This document shows, one piece after another, positions 45,748-55,843 of a stretch of 64,000 nt of DNA (positions are counted from its first letter, which is position 1; each line of letters opens with the position of its first letter). The stretch covers positions 145,798 to 209,797 of the forward strand of contig JAPOYR010000010.1 in the NCBI GenBank assembly GCA_026706485.1, written 5' to 3'. The notes beneath the pieces were generated by a model. The model searched no databases and had not been told where the DNA came from. It saw nothing but the letters and a program-made list of their open reading frames with translations. Made by a program: the position numbers and the translations under genes. Source of the stretch: Chloroflexota bacterium. Its GTDB lineage: Bacteria > Chloroflexota > UBA11872.

Positions 45748-47403
45748 TTGCCGAGGGCCCACTTCATTCGGTGGAGTCCCGATGACTCGGCCGTGTTCTT
45801 CAACCAAGGCAGCAATCTCTACCGAGTTTCGACCGACGGCACTGCGCCGCTCCGGATCGTTCCGGACCGCAAGTTGCGCCTGGAGGTCGGGCCAATGACC
45901 GCATTTGATGTCTCGCCCGATGGGACGCAGGTTGTCTATTCCAGCTGCGCTTTGCCCATGCAGCCCTGGATCGAACACGGTCCGTCGATCACTCGCGAGA
46001 CCGACCCCGAGGGCAACGAGATCGTCGTGATCAGTGAGTGGAGGGATGGTCATCCCCCTTATCCATCCACCTATGAGCTCGCGCGCATAAACATCGACGG
46101 TACGGAGTCGGAGCGGTTGACCGACAACGGGTCCTACGACAATTTCCCAGCATGGTCTCCCGACGGCACTCGAATTGCCTTTGTATCCAAGTCCGGGTTG
46201 TACGTCTTAGCTGCTGACGGCGCGCGGGTTCTGCCTCACGAGGTCCAGGCAGTCGTATCGGTCCAACAACCGCGACTGCCGGTGGAGTTGGAGGTGGTGG
46301 CTTTGCATCCGCCCGCGTGGTCTCCGGACGGCGCGCGTCTCGCCTTCGTGGGCTGGGGGCTTCCCACACAACCGACAGAACCCGTGGCAGCTAAATTTGA
46401 TATCTACACAGTAGGCGCGGACGGCGCAAACCTGCAGCGGCTAACAGGCACGGTGAGTGAACCCTCGTGGTCGCCGGACGGGCAGCGCATCGCCTTTGCC
46501 AAACCCGACGGCGACGACGTGGCGCTCTATACCATTTCCGCCGACGGCTCGGACCTCAAGCGGGTCACGACCATCACGGGCTGGCACCCGCAGTATGGGG
46601 AGCCGGATCCGGCGCGCGCCTGGATTGAGAACGTTGCATGGTCACCCGACGGCTCGAAGATCCTCTACACCTGCGGTTGGATCTGCGTGGTCAGCGTGGA
46701 CGGCAAGCCAGTCAATGACACGCCACTACGCGGAATCATCGCCGCCTGGTCTCCGGACGGCTCGCGCATCGCGGTGGCGGGAGTATTGCGCGATGTTCGC
46801 AGCATGGCCCCTGACGGCAGTGACGTGCGCAGCCTGCCGATTCCAGGTGCCACGGCCACGACCATCGGTCGTGCGGCCCCCAGCGGTCCAGGGTCGGGTC
46901 CGTGCACGGCGGGATTCGTCGTGGCGGCTCCCGCGGCGAACCCCGGGTTGGTGCAGGACTGCGAGACATTGCTGGAAGTGCTACCCGCGCTGTTTGGGCA
47001 GGGGCTCGATCGCTGGCTCCGAGAGTCGCCAATAGAGATATGGCCGGGCATCAGAGTCACCGGCACGCCCCCGAGGGTAACGGCGTTGACGCTTTTGGGG
47101 CATGAGCTGGACGGGACCATACCCGTCGAACTTGGGGCACTGACCCACTTACAGACTCTGGACCTTTCCTTCAACCAGCTCACCGGCCCAATCCCGGCTG
47201 AACTGGCGAAGCTGACTCGGCTTTTGAATCTGGACCTGTCCTGGAACGAACTCAGCGGACCGATTCCAGCAGAGATGGGCCACCTAGCCGACCTTGAACT
47301 GCTTTGGCTTGAGGGCAACCCGCTGACGGGCTGCATCCCGACAACTCTACGGAGCATCCCGGAAAATGACCTTCCGGGCCTCGGTCTGCCGGATTGCGAG
47401 TAA
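45748..47403 (+). CDS. PD40 (TolB-like) beta-propeller protein with C-terminal plant-type leucine-rich repeats, probably frameshifted from its signal peptide
   Basis: Repeated WSPDG..IAF PD40 blades (AWSPDGTRIAFV, AWSPDGARLAFV, SWSPDGQRIAFA, AWSPDGSKILYT, AWSPDGSRIAVA), followed by LxxLxLSxNxLTGPIPxEL LRRs. The in-frame region upstream of TTG 45748 is open back to 45574. Confidence 0.7.
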   Translation: MPRAHFIRWSPDDSAVFFNQGSNLYRVSTDGTAPLRIVPDRKLRLEVGPMTAFDVSPDGTQVVYSSCALPMQPWIEHGPSITRETDPEGNEIVVISEWRDGHPPYPSTYELARINIDGTESERLTDNGSYDNFPAWSPDGTRIAFVSKSGLYVLAADGARVLPHEVQAVVSVQQPRLPVELEVVALHPPAWSPDGARLAFVGWGLPTQPTEPVAAKFDIYTVGADGANLQRLTGTVSEPSWSPDGQRIAFAKPDGDDVALYTISADGSDLKRVTTITGWHPQYGEPDPARAWIENVAWSPDGSKILYTCGWICVVSVDGKPVNDTPLRGIIAAWSPDGSRIAVAGVLRDVRSMAPDGSDVRSLPIPGATATTIGRAAPSGPGSGPCTAGFVVAAPAANPGLVQDCETLLEVLPALFGQGLDRWLRESPIEIWPGIRVTGTPPRVTALTLLGHELDGTIPVELGALTHLQTLDLSFNQLTGPIPAELAKLTRLLNLDLSWNELSGPIPAEMGHLADLELLWLEGNPLTGCIPTTLRSIPENDLPGLGLPDCE

Positions 47404-47477
47404 CCACCAAAAGCCCTCAGTTGCCTGTAGACGACCGCGAGGTCACCGGAGACCTGCTGCTCGCTCGGCCGAGACTC

Positions 47478-48575
47478 TTAGCCCGCCGACGCTCCGTTCG
47501 CGGCCATGGGCAGGGCGCCGCCCTTGGCCTCGATGTCATCCCAGAAGTGGCAGGACACGAAGTGGCCGTCACCGACGTCTCTGAGCTCCGGCTCTTCCGT
47601 CGCGCAGCGATCTTCCGCCCACGGGCACCGCGGGTGGAAGCGACAGCCTGAGGGCGGGTTCACCGGACTCGGCACGTCGCCGGTGAGGATGATGCGTTCG
47701 CGCTTGGCTTCCAGGTCCGGATCCGGCACCGGCACCGCTGACAGCAGACATCGCGTGTACGGATGCAGCGGGCGCAGATAGAACTGCTCGCTGGGCGCCA
47801 TCTCGACGATTTGGCCGAGGTACATCACCGCGATGCGGTGGCTGATCTGCCGCACGACCTTGAAGTCGTGGGAGATGAACAGGTAGGCCACGCCCAGCTG
47901 CTGCTGCAGGTCCAGCAGCAGGTTCATGATCTGCGCCTGGATCGACACGTCCAGCGCGGACACCGGCTCGTCGCAGACGATGAACGACGGCTGCACCGCC
48001 AGCGCGCGGGCGAAGGCAATGCGCTGACGCTGTCCGCCGGAGAACTCGTGCGGGTAGCGGCTCGAGAAGCGCGGATCGAGCCCCACCAATTCCAGCAGCT
48101 CGCGCACGCGCTGGCGACGCTCGTCGCGGCTCTCGTAGAGATCGTGCACCTGCAGCGGCTCTTCGATGATCCGCCCGACCGACATCCGCGGGTTCAGCGA
48201 GCCGTACGGGTCTTGGAAGATCATCTGCATCTTCCGCCGCGCGCGCCGCTGGTCGTCGCGCGAGAGCTGGACGAGGTCGTTGCCCTCGAAGATCACCTCG
48301 CCCGCCGTCGGCGGCTCGAGCTGCATGATCGTATTGCCGGTGGTGGTCTTGCCGCACCCGGACTCGCCGACCAGGCCCAGGGTCTCGCCCGCGTTCAGCT
48401 CGAAGCTGATGCCGTCAACCGCCCGCACCAGCCCGGACTGGCGGCGAATGATGAATCCGCGCATCACGGGGAAGTATTTGGTGAGCCCGTTGACCGTCAG
48501 CAGCGTTTCGCCATTGGCGGAGCCGTTGCGGCTCGAAGCGCTCGTCATCGTCTCGCCGGCCCTCGCGTCGCTCAT
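47478..48575 (-). CDS. ABC transporter ATP-binding protein, OppF/DppF type (with oligopeptide-ABC C-terminal extension)
   Basis: Walker [10 protein letters not shown], signature FSGGQRQR, and a C-terminal HPYTRCLL...GCRFHPRCP region. 365 aa. Confidence 0.85.
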   Translation of the reverse strand: MSDARAGETMTSASSRNGSANGETLLTVNGLTKYFPVMRGFIIRRQSGLVRAVDGISFELNAGETLGLVGESGCGKTTTGNTIMQLEPPTAGEVIFEGNDLVQLSRDDQRRARRKMQMIFQDPYGSLNPRMSVGRIIEEPLQVHDLYESRDERRQRVRELLELVGLDPRFSSRYPHEFSGGQRQRIAFARALAVQPSFIVCDEPVSALDVSIQAQIMNLLLDLQQQLGVAYLFISHDFKVVRQISHRIAVMYLGQIVEMAPSEQFYLRPLHPYTRCLLSAVPVPDPDLEAKRERIILTGDVPSPVNPPSGCRFHPRCPWAEDRCATEEPELRDVGDGHFVSCHFWDDIEAKGGALPMAANGASAG

Positions 48576-49636
48576 CGCAACTCACCCGTATCCACGTCCA
48601 CCCAGCAGCGGAGCGACCGGCCGTCGTCGATCGTCTCCACGGGCGGCATTTCCTCTATGCACTTGTCCTTCACGAACCGGCAGCGCGGCGCGAATGGGCA
48701 CCCGACCGGGAGATTGGTCATGTCCGGCGGCGCGCCAGGGATGGCGCTCAGCCGGTCGCCGCGTGCCGCGGAGATGCTGGGCATGGATTCCAGCAGGCCA
48801 ATCGTGTACGGGTGTTTCGGCGTATAGAAGATGTCACGGCCCGATGCGCGTTCGACGATGTACCCGCCGTACATCACCACGATCTCCTGGCAGAACCCGG
48901 CGACCAGCGCCAGGTCGTGCGTGATCAGGATGGCGGCCATGCCCAGCTCTTCGCGCAGGCTCGAAATGAGCTCGATAACCTGCGCTTGAATCGTCACGTC
49001 CAGCGCCGTCGTCGGCTCGTCGGCGATGAGCAATTGCGGCTGACAAGAGATCGCCATCGCAATCATGGCCCGCTGCTGCATGCCACCCGAGAGCTGGTGC
49101 GGATAGTCGTTGGCGCGCTCGGCGGGCGAGGGAATTCCCACCCGATCCAGAAGCTCGACGGTGTGCGCGCGCGCCTCGTCCTTGCTCACGCCCAGGTGCA
49201 GCCGCTGCGCCTCGTCGATCTGGCGACCGACCGTCAGCACCGGATTGAGTGAGCTCATCGGGTCCTGGAAGATCATGGAGATCTTCCCGCCGCGAATCCC
49301 CCGCATCTCGTTGGGCGGAATCTGCAGCAGGGAGACGCGGCCGGCGCGCGTCTCAATGATCTCCTCGGGATCGATGTCCATCACGTTGGTGTCGCCGAAC
49401 ATGACCTCGCCACCGGTGATTTGACCGGCGGGCTGAGGAATCAGCCGCAGCAGGGCCAGCGAGCTGACGCTCTTGCCGCTGCCCGACTCGCCCACGATGC
49501 CGAGCGAGCCGCCCGCCGCAAGCTCGTAGGCGATGCCGTTGACCGCGCGAACGATGCCCTCGTCCGTCTTGAATTGGACGGCGAGATCCTTGACCTCGAG
49601 CAAGTGGCCGTTGTCGCTCATGCCGTTCTCGCTCAT
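48572..49636 (-). CDS. ABC transporter ATP-binding protein, OppD/DppD type (with oligopeptide-ABC C-terminal extension)
   Basis: Walker [10 protein letters not shown], signature LSGGMQQR, and C-terminal KHPYTIGLL...[10 protein letters not shown]. The ATG overlaps the hyuB stop (ATGA), and the stop overlaps the oppF-type start. Confidence 0.85.
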   Translation of the reverse strand: MSENGMSDNGHLLEVKDLAVQFKTDEGIVRAVNGIAYELAAGGSLGIVGESGSGKSVSSLALLRLIPQPAGQITGGEVMFGDTNVMDIDPEEIIETRAGRVSLLQIPPNEMRGIRGGKISMIFQDPMSSLNPVLTVGRQIDEAQRLHLGVSKDEARAHTVELLDRVGIPSPAERANDYPHQLSGGMQQRAMIAMAISCQPQLLIADEPTTALDVTIQAQVIELISSLREELGMAAILITHDLALVAGFCQEIVVMYGGYIVERASGRDIFYTPKHPYTIGLLESMPSISAARGDRLSAIPGAPPDMTNLPVGCPFAPRCRFVKDKCIEEMPPVETIDDGRSLRCWVDVDTGELR

Positions 49637-51681
49637 GTCGCCTGCTCAATCACTTGGTCCGCATGCCTCGGCAGCCAGTAGTCGTGATACCGATCATCGC
49701 ACTCCACGGAGCAGAAGCGCATCCCGCCGGCGCTCACCCACACGTCGCGCGGGACCACCTGGCCGCATAGCTGGCAATTCGTGACGCTAGTTTGCCACCA
49801 ATCGCCCTTGTGCTCCTCCCAGTGCCCGCCAGTCTCGGACCGGGGCGCGACAGCGACGGGCTCGCGCGTTTCGTCGGTGACGGTCGGCACCGCGGGAGCC
49901 GGCACATCGGCGCGGAGCCTCGCCGTCTCGTCGGCGTCGATCGTCAGCGTTCCGTTGAGCCGCTCCAAGGCGACGCCGTAGATCTCGCGCGCGGCCGTTT
50001 CCGACACGAATCCCTCCAAGACATCCCGGCGCACGGCTTCCGCGGCGCGTGTCCTCGGGTCGCCGTAGCCTCCCCCGCCGGGACTCGCGAGCATAACCTG
50101 ATCGCCCTCTTTCAGCACAATGTTGGCCACGCGCGAGTTGCTGGCCGTGCCGTACTCCTCGCGGAAGGTCACGAACGTGTCTTCCCCGGCGCGCTTCACG
50201 AGCAGCGCCGATCGCTGCCCATCCTCGCCGCCAAAGAGGCCCCAGGCGCCCGACACCATGCGGTCGAACAGCGCCGACACGGTGATCTCGGGCGCCCGCA
50301 CCTCGAGGATCCGCTCCGAGCCAAGCCCGCCCCGCTGCGCCCCGGCGCCGCCGGAGTCCTGCCGCAGGCGATAGGACCGCTCGAGGAATGGATAGCGCGT
50401 CTCGAAGATCTCCACCGGCGTCGACGGGCAGTTGCCGTTGGGGATCACCTGGTTGCTGTTGCCGTCGGCGTTGGCGCGCCCACCCCAGCCCACGCCGTCG
50501 AAGTGGTAGTGCACGTAGTAGCGGTCGGTGTCCGGGTGCGTGCCGCCGAAGAGGAAGTTGCAGGAGGTGCCGCCGGTGTCCGCGGAGACCCGGTCCGGCA
50601 CGGCCTTGGAGAGCGCGCCGATCACAATGCCCCACACGCGCGGGTGCGTCTCGGTGTTGCCGCCAACGCAAGGCCCGGGATGGACGACGTTGGTGAGCGT
50701 GCCCGGCGTGGCAATCACCGTGATGGGCCGATAGGCGCCGTCGTTGTGGGGCACGTTGTTGTCGGCAAAGTGGAACACGGCGTTGTAGGTGCCCGAGGCC
50801 GTCACGCCGTAGGTGCAGTTCAGCACGTGCTCCGCCTGCGGATCGCTCTCACTGAAGTCGGCGACCAGACTTCCGTCGGAAACGACAAGCCGCAGCCGAA
50901 TCCAGTCGTGCAAGGGCACCTCGCGGGCGTCCTCCATGTGGCCCTCGAAGGTGTACTCGCCGTCGGGAATGGCGCGAATCTCGTCCCGCATCCACCGCTC
51001 GGCATAGTCGAGCAGCTCGTCGCTCACCTGGGTGATGCGCTCGACGCCGTAGGCGTCCAGCAGCTCGTGGGTGCGCTGCTCGGCCACGTTCAACGACGCC
51101 ATCATGGCGTGCAGGTCGCCCCACGTGTATCGCGGCGCGCGGTGGTTGGACATCATGATGCGCCACACGTCTTCGTTGTATTCGCCGCCGCGCATCAGCC
51201 ACACCGGCGGCAGGCGCAGGCCCTCCTGGTAGATCTCGGTGGCAGTGGCCGCGAACCCGCCGACGGCCAGGCCGCCGATCTCAACCAGGTGCGCGATGTT
51301 CGAGACGTAGCCGAAGATTTCGCCGTCGTAGAACACGGGCTTGATGACCACGTGCTCCGGCATGTGCACGCCGCCGCGATAGGGATCGTTGTGCACGATG
51401 ATGTCGCCTTCGCGGACGTTCTCCTCGCCGATTTCGGCGATGAGCCACTTGACCACGAAGCGGATCGCGCCCACCTGCGCGGGGCAGAACTCGGTTTGCG
51501 CGAGCATGCGCCCGTGGCGGTCGAAGAGGACGCACGAAAAGTCGCGGCTCTCGCTGAAGATCGGCGAGTAGGCCGTGCGCATCATCGTGGTGCCCATCTC
51601 GCGGCAAATGCCGACGAGGCGGTTGTAGACCACGTTGAGCGTGACCAGATCGACGCTGGATGGGGCGCTGGACGTTGTCAT
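49633..51681 (-). CDS. hydantoinase B/oxoprolinase-family protein with C-terminal Cys4 zinc-ribbon-like extension
   Basis: HyuB core (NDPYRGG..., DFSCVLFD) over ~600 aa, then a ~70-aa tail containing CQLCGQ...CSVEC. ATG 51681 with GGGAG upstream was chosen, because the ORF-track start 51750 overlaps hyuA. Confidence 0.8.
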   Translation of the reverse strand: MTTSSAPSSVDLVTLNVVYNRLVGICREMGTTMMRTAYSPIFSESRDFSCVLFDRHGRMLAQTEFCPAQVGAIRFVVKWLIAEIGEENVREGDIIVHNDPYRGGVHMPEHVVIKPVFYDGEIFGYVSNIAHLVEIGGLAVGGFAATATEIYQEGLRLPPVWLMRGGEYNEDVWRIMMSNHRAPRYTWGDLHAMMASLNVAEQRTHELLDAYGVERITQVSDELLDYAERWMRDEIRAIPDGEYTFEGHMEDAREVPLHDWIRLRLVVSDGSLVADFSESDPQAEHVLNCTYGVTASGTYNAVFHFADNNVPHNDGAYRPITVIATPGTLTNVVHPGPCVGGNTETHPRVWGIVIGALSKAVPDRVSADTGGTSCNFLFGGTHPDTDRYYVHYHFDGVGWGGRANADGNSNQVIPNGNCPSTPVEIFETRYPFLERSYRLRQDSGGAGAQRGGLGSERILEVRAPEITVSALFDRMVSGAWGLFGGEDGQRSALLVKRAGEDTFVTFREEYGTASNSRVANIVLKEGDQVMLASPGGGGYGDPRTRAAEAVRRDVLEGFVSETAAREIYGVALERLNGTLTIDADETARLRADVPAPAVPTVTDETREPVAVAPRSETGGHWEEHKGDWWQTSVTNCQLCGQVVPRDVWVSAGGMRFCSVECDDRYHDYWLPRHADQVIEQAT

Positions 51682-51709
51682 CGATGGCGTCTCCCTACAC
51701 ACCTGGCGT

Positions 51710-53767
51710 TCATGCGGACCCCTCGGTCCACTCGAGCACGGCCGTGCCATGCGGGCTGACGGTCAGCAACTGACCGGGGTGGACGACGGTCGTTGAGTCG
51801 AGCTCTTCGATGATGGCCGGCCCGGTGATGCGATCGGCGGGCGAAAGGTCTTCGCGGGAGTAGACGGGGCAATCGACGGGACCGTCCGACGCGAACCAGA
51901 CCTGGCGCGTTCCCGCCGGTTCGGCGGGGGATCCCTCCGGCAACACCGGCAATTCCGGCTTGGCGGTGTCCCCAAACACGGTGACGTTGAACTGCACCAG
52001 CTCAATGATTTCGTCGGGGATGCGGTAGCCGTAGGTTGCCTCGTAGTGCGTCTCAAACGCCGCGAGCAACTGGACCAGCGATTCAGCCGTGACTTCGCCG
52101 CCGGGGATCGGAATCTCCTCTTCATAGTTCTGGCCGAGGTAGCGCATGTTCACCGACCGCTGAATCTGCGGCGTGCCCGCGAATCCCTCGTGCTCCAGAT
52201 CGGCCGTGGCCTCCGCCACGAGCTCGTTGAGCCGCGCGTCGATGGACGGCGCGTCCAGTCGATCCGACCGCAGAATGTGCGTCCAGGTCTTGTCCACGCG
52301 CATGTCGGCCAGCAGCGTGCCGAACGCGGAGCAGAGGCCTGGATGCGGCGGAATCAGCACCCGCCGGGCACCGATCACCTTGGCGATGGCCGCCGCGTGC
52401 AGCGGGCCGGCGCCACCAAATGCCACCAGGCTGAACTGCCGCGGGTCCAGGCCGCGCCGCACGGTGAGCAGGCGCATGGCCTCCGCGATGTTCTCGACGG
52501 CGATATCCAGCACGGCCTGAGCGGTGGCCTCCGGACTGAGGCCGAGCGTGCCGCCAAGATCGGATAGGGCGCGGTGTGCGAGGTCGGCATTCAGCCGAAC
52601 CTCGCCGCCAAGGAAGTTTTCGGGATTGAGCCGGCCAAGCACCACGTTGGCGTCCGTGACCGTCGGCTCGGCGCCGCCCTGCGCGTAGCACACCGGGCCC
52701 GGCACGGCGCCGGCGCTCTGGGGCCCGGCCTGGAGCAATCCGCCGCGGTTGACCCAGGCAATGGACCCGCCACCGGCGCCCATGGTCGTCATCTCGATGA
52801 ACGGCGCCGCGACCGGCAGGCCGAATTCGATCTCCCACGCCGTGGTGTAGCCGATGGCTCCGTCGTCCACCACGCCGACATCCGTGCTGGTGCCGCCCAT
52901 GTCGAAGCTGATGATGTTGTCGTCGTTGAGCGATTCGGCGTAGTACTTCGCCGCGATGATCCCGCCCGGCAGGCCGGATAGCACCGTCTGCGCCGGCCGG
53001 TCGGCCGCGGATTCCGCCAGCATCTGGCCGCCGTTGGACTTCATCACCGCCCACGAGCGAGTGTTCCCCCACGCCGCAAGTCCGTCGTCCAACGCGTGGA
53101 TGAACCCTTGCAAGAGCGGCCGGATGTAGGCATCCGCGATGGTCGTGCTGGCCCGGTCGTACTCCCGCCAGATCGGCGCGACCTCGTGCGACAGCGAAAT
53201 CGACAGCTCGGGGAACTCGCCGGCCAGGTACTCGCGGATCATGCGCTCGTGGTCGGGCTTGACGTACGAGAACAAGCAATTGACCGCCACCGCCACAGCC
53301 CCGTTGGTGCGTTCGTCCAGCCGCTCGCGCAGCATGTCGCCGAGACTGCCGAGGGCTTCCGGCGTCAACGGGTCCACGACGGCGCCCATGTAGTCGAGCC
53401 GCTCCGCCACGCCCAGGCAATCGCGCCGCGTGACCAAGGGCTCCGGTCGCTCCCAGTCGAGGTCGTAGTGGAATTTGCGATCGACCCGCTGCAGGAACGG
53501 CACGTCCTCGAATCCGGACGTCGTCACATAGAGCACCCGGGCGCCCTTGCGCTGCAGCAGCGCGTTCACGCCGACCGTCGTGCCAAGCACGAAATAGCTG
53601 ACCGCGTCGGCGGGGATTCCGCTGTGCTCGATCGCGTCGAATATCGCGTCGCTGGGGGAGTCGGGCGTCGAAGGCCGCTTGACGACCTGCGCTTCCCCCG
53701 ATTCCTCATCGAGGGCGACGAAGTCGGTGAAGGTCCCGCCCGTGTCGATACCGATGCGAATGGCCAA
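51710..53767 (-). CDS. hydantoinase A/oxoprolinase-family protein
   Basis: N-terminal IGIDTGGTFTDFV ASKHA-fold motif and full-length HyuA pattern. 685 aa. Confidence 0.85.
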   Translation of the reverse strand: MAIRIGIDTGGTFTDFVALDEESGEAQVVKRPSTPDSPSDAIFDAIEHSGIPADAVSYFVLGTTVGVNALLQRKGARVLYVTTSGFEDVPFLQRVDRKFHYDLDWERPEPLVTRRDCLGVAERLDYMGAVVDPLTPEALGSLGDMLRERLDERTNGAVAVAVNCLFSYVKPDHERMIREYLAGEFPELSISLSHEVAPIWREYDRASTTIADAYIRPLLQGFIHALDDGLAAWGNTRSWAVMKSNGGQMLAESAADRPAQTVLSGLPGGIIAAKYYAESLNDDNIISFDMGGTSTDVGVVDDGAIGYTTAWEIEFGLPVAAPFIEMTTMGAGGGSIAWVNRGGLLQAGPQSAGAVPGPVCYAQGGAEPTVTDANVVLGRLNPENFLGGEVRLNADLAHRALSDLGGTLGLSPEATAQAVLDIAVENIAEAMRLLTVRRGLDPRQFSLVAFGGAGPLHAAAIAKVIGARRVLIPPHPGLCSAFGTLLADMRVDKTWTHILRSDRLDAPSIDARLNELVAEATADLEHEGFAGTPQIQRSVNMRYLGQNYEEEIPIPGGEVTAESLVQLLAAFETHYEATYGYRIPDEIIELVQFNVTVFGDTAKPELPVLPEGSPAEPAGTRQVWFASDGPVDCPVYSREDLSPADRITGPAIIEELDSTTVVHPGQLLTVSPHGTAVLEWTEGSA

Positions 53768-53779
53768 TGCGCGCCTGCC

Positions 53780-54754
53780 TCAGATCACCCGATGTTGGGG
53801 CTCGTCGCCGAGCAGGATACGACGCACCTCGGCCACTGCCGCAAGTTCGCAGTCCAACGCCGCGGTTTCCGACTTCCAGGCAATGTGGGGCGTGACGATG
53901 AGGCTGGACTCGCGAAGGAGTGGATGGTCGAAGTCCGGCGGCTCGGTCTCGAACACGTCCAGACCAGCCCCGCCCAGGGCGCCAGAGGCCAGCGCACGCT
54001 GCAACGTATGGTGATCGATGATGCCGCCGCGAGACACGTTGATCAGCAGCGCGCCGCGGCGCATGCGAGCGAACTCCGGCGCGCCGAGCATCTCCCGCGT
54101 GTCGTCGGTGAGCGGCACGTGCACCGTGAGCGCATCCACCGACTGCAACAGATCATCGAGATCGCTCGCCACGCGCATCTCCGCACCCGACGGCGGCGTC
54201 AGCCGATCCGCCGGAAGGAAGGGGTCGAAGACCACCAGCCGCATGCCGAACCCGGCGGCCAGCGCCGCCGTTGCCCGGCCGATGCGCCCGTAGCCCAACA
54301 CGCCAAGCGTCGAACCGCGCAGACGACGCGGTTGAAACGTGTCGTCGTAGGTCCGCCACAGGTGCCGCTCGCGCACGTCGGCATCCGAATCCGTGACACA
54401 GCGCGCCAGCGCCAGCAGCAGCGCGATGGCGTGCTCGGCGACTTCCGACGTGAATGCGTCGGGCGTATGCGCCACCACGACGCCGCGCTCCTTCGCCGCG
54501 ATCAAGTCGACTTTCTCCGTGCCCACGCCGTACACCACGACGCCGCGCAGCTTCGGCGCGTGATCCAGCAGATCGCCATCCACCGGCGTCAGCTCGGTCA
54601 ACATCACGTCAGCCTCCGCCACGGCGTCGTAAAGCTCGTCGCGGGGCGGCGCGCCCAGGAACACCATGTCCGCGATGTCGGCCAGCACCTCCACTTCGCG
54701 ATCGTGATGCGGCAGCCCTGCGCCCGCGGAGACCACGCGAAACCGACGGCTCAT
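53780..54754 (-). CDS. D-isomer-specific 2-hydroxyacid dehydrogenase (NAD-binding)
   Basis: GxGxxG (LGVLGYGRIGRA) and the catalytic R/E/H pattern. It sits 12 nt upstream of hyuA on the same strand. Confidence 0.8.
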   Translation of the reverse strand: MSRRFRVVSAGAGLPHHDREVEVLADIADMVFLGAPPRDELYDAVAEADVMLTELTPVDGDLLDHAPKLRGVVVYGVGTEKVDLIAAKERGVVVAHTPDAFTSEVAEHAIALLLALARCVTDSDADVRERHLWRTYDDTFQPRRLRGSTLGVLGYGRIGRATAALAAGFGMRLVVFDPFLPADRLTPPSGAEMRVASDLDDLLQSVDALTVHVPLTDDTREMLGAPEFARMRRGALLINVSRGGIIDHHTLQRALASGALGGAGLDVFETEPPDFDHPLLRESSLIVTPHIAWKSETAALDCELAAVAEVRRILLGDEPQHRVI

Positions 54755-54791
54755 CGCGGGACGTCAACCACTCGGCTGCCGAACACCTGCC

Positions 54792-55769
54792 TCACGCGCT
54801 GGCAAACCGCTTGGGGAAGTACTGCGCGCAGTTCTGCTCCAGCCACTCGACGGTCAGCTTCATCCACAGCTGCGGGTCGTATTGCGGCAGGCAGCACGTC
54901 TCGATGCAATGGGGCAGGTAGTCGGGGTCCGGCGCGTTTTGCTGCAGGATCTCCATGATCTCGAGAACCTCCACGCTGCCGTAGCCGACCGGTGCGTGGA
55001 AAAACTTCGGCTCGCCGGTCGTGGTGATGGACTGCACCCGCATGTCCTTCAGATGCGTCATCACGGTGTAGGGCGCGGCCATGTGGGCGGCATCGACCTG
55101 GTCTTCAACGACCGAGTAGCTGTTGGCGAAGTCGTAGTTGATCCGCAGCCACGGCGACGCGACGCCCTCCACCACCTGCACGATCTCGCTGATCCGGTAG
55201 TCCATGTGGTTCTCGAAGGCGAGGACGATGCCGCACTTCTCGGCGTCGACCACCAGTTTCGACAGGTTGTCGATCATGCGGTCGATTTGCACGCCGATTG
55301 GCGTCTCGGTGCTGAAGTGCCCGAACCGCAGCCCCCCGTTGGGCATGGGCTGACCGGGAGGGCCGGGCGGGTCGGCGTTGACCATGGCGCTGGTTCGCAC
55401 GCCGCCGGCCTGCATCCACTCCAGGTGCATGGCGGCGCGCTCGTGAACCGGCGACCACTCGTCGCGGTCGACGGCCCAGGCGCCGTTGACGGAGCCAACC
55501 CACTCGATGCCGTTCTCGGCCAGCAGGCGACCATTAGCAGCGGCCGCCTCCTTGCCATCCAAGAGCGACGCCGCCGTATAGAGGTTGTCAAAACCCCACT
55601 CGCTGCAGCGTTCGATCCACCACTCCAGCGCCCCGTCCAGCTCCTCGGGCGGCTCGGTGGTGGTGCCATAGGGATATTCCAAGCCGCGAAAGCCGTACTC
55701 GGGTTGATCGATGCGCAACCCCGGGTAGGACACCCAGCGATAGGCCGCCTGTGAAAGGCCGAGTCTCAT
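54792..55769 (-). CDS. sugar phosphate isomerase/epimerase (xylose-isomerase-like TIM barrel), paralog 4
   Basis: From the internal Met MRLGLSQAAYRW, matching the N-termini of paralogs at 41159 and 42163 (FENHMDYRISE, MTHLKDMRVQ). Confidence 0.7.
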   Translation of the reverse strand: MRLGLSQAAYRWVSYPGLRIDQPEYGFRGLEYPYGTTTEPPEELDGALEWWIERCSEWGFDNLYTAASLLDGKEAAAANGRLLAENGIEWVGSVNGAWAVDRDEWSPVHERAAMHLEWMQAGGVRTSAMVNADPPGPPGQPMPNGGLRFGHFSTETPIGVQIDRMIDNLSKLVVDAEKCGIVLAFENHMDYRISEIVQVVEGVASPWLRINYDFANSYSVVEDQVDAAHMAAPYTVMTHLKDMRVQSITTTGEPKFFHAPVGYGSVEVLEIMEILQQNAPDPDYLPHCIETCCLPQYDPQLWMKLTVEWLEQNCAQYFPKRFASA

Positions 55770-55843
55770 GTCAACGCTCCCTGGTCCACCGGCAATCGCG
55801 CGCCGCCCAAGTATGACCCAAATGCGCCCGGCGCACGCGCGCA

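Noticed and set aside
49792-51759. 655-aa plus-strand ORF antisense to hyuB, with the same pattern at 53096..54958 + and 59199..60833 -
   Set aside because: These lie antisense to hydantoinase, dehydrogenase and isomerase genes that have clear homology, and the products are His/Arg/Gly-rich low complexity.
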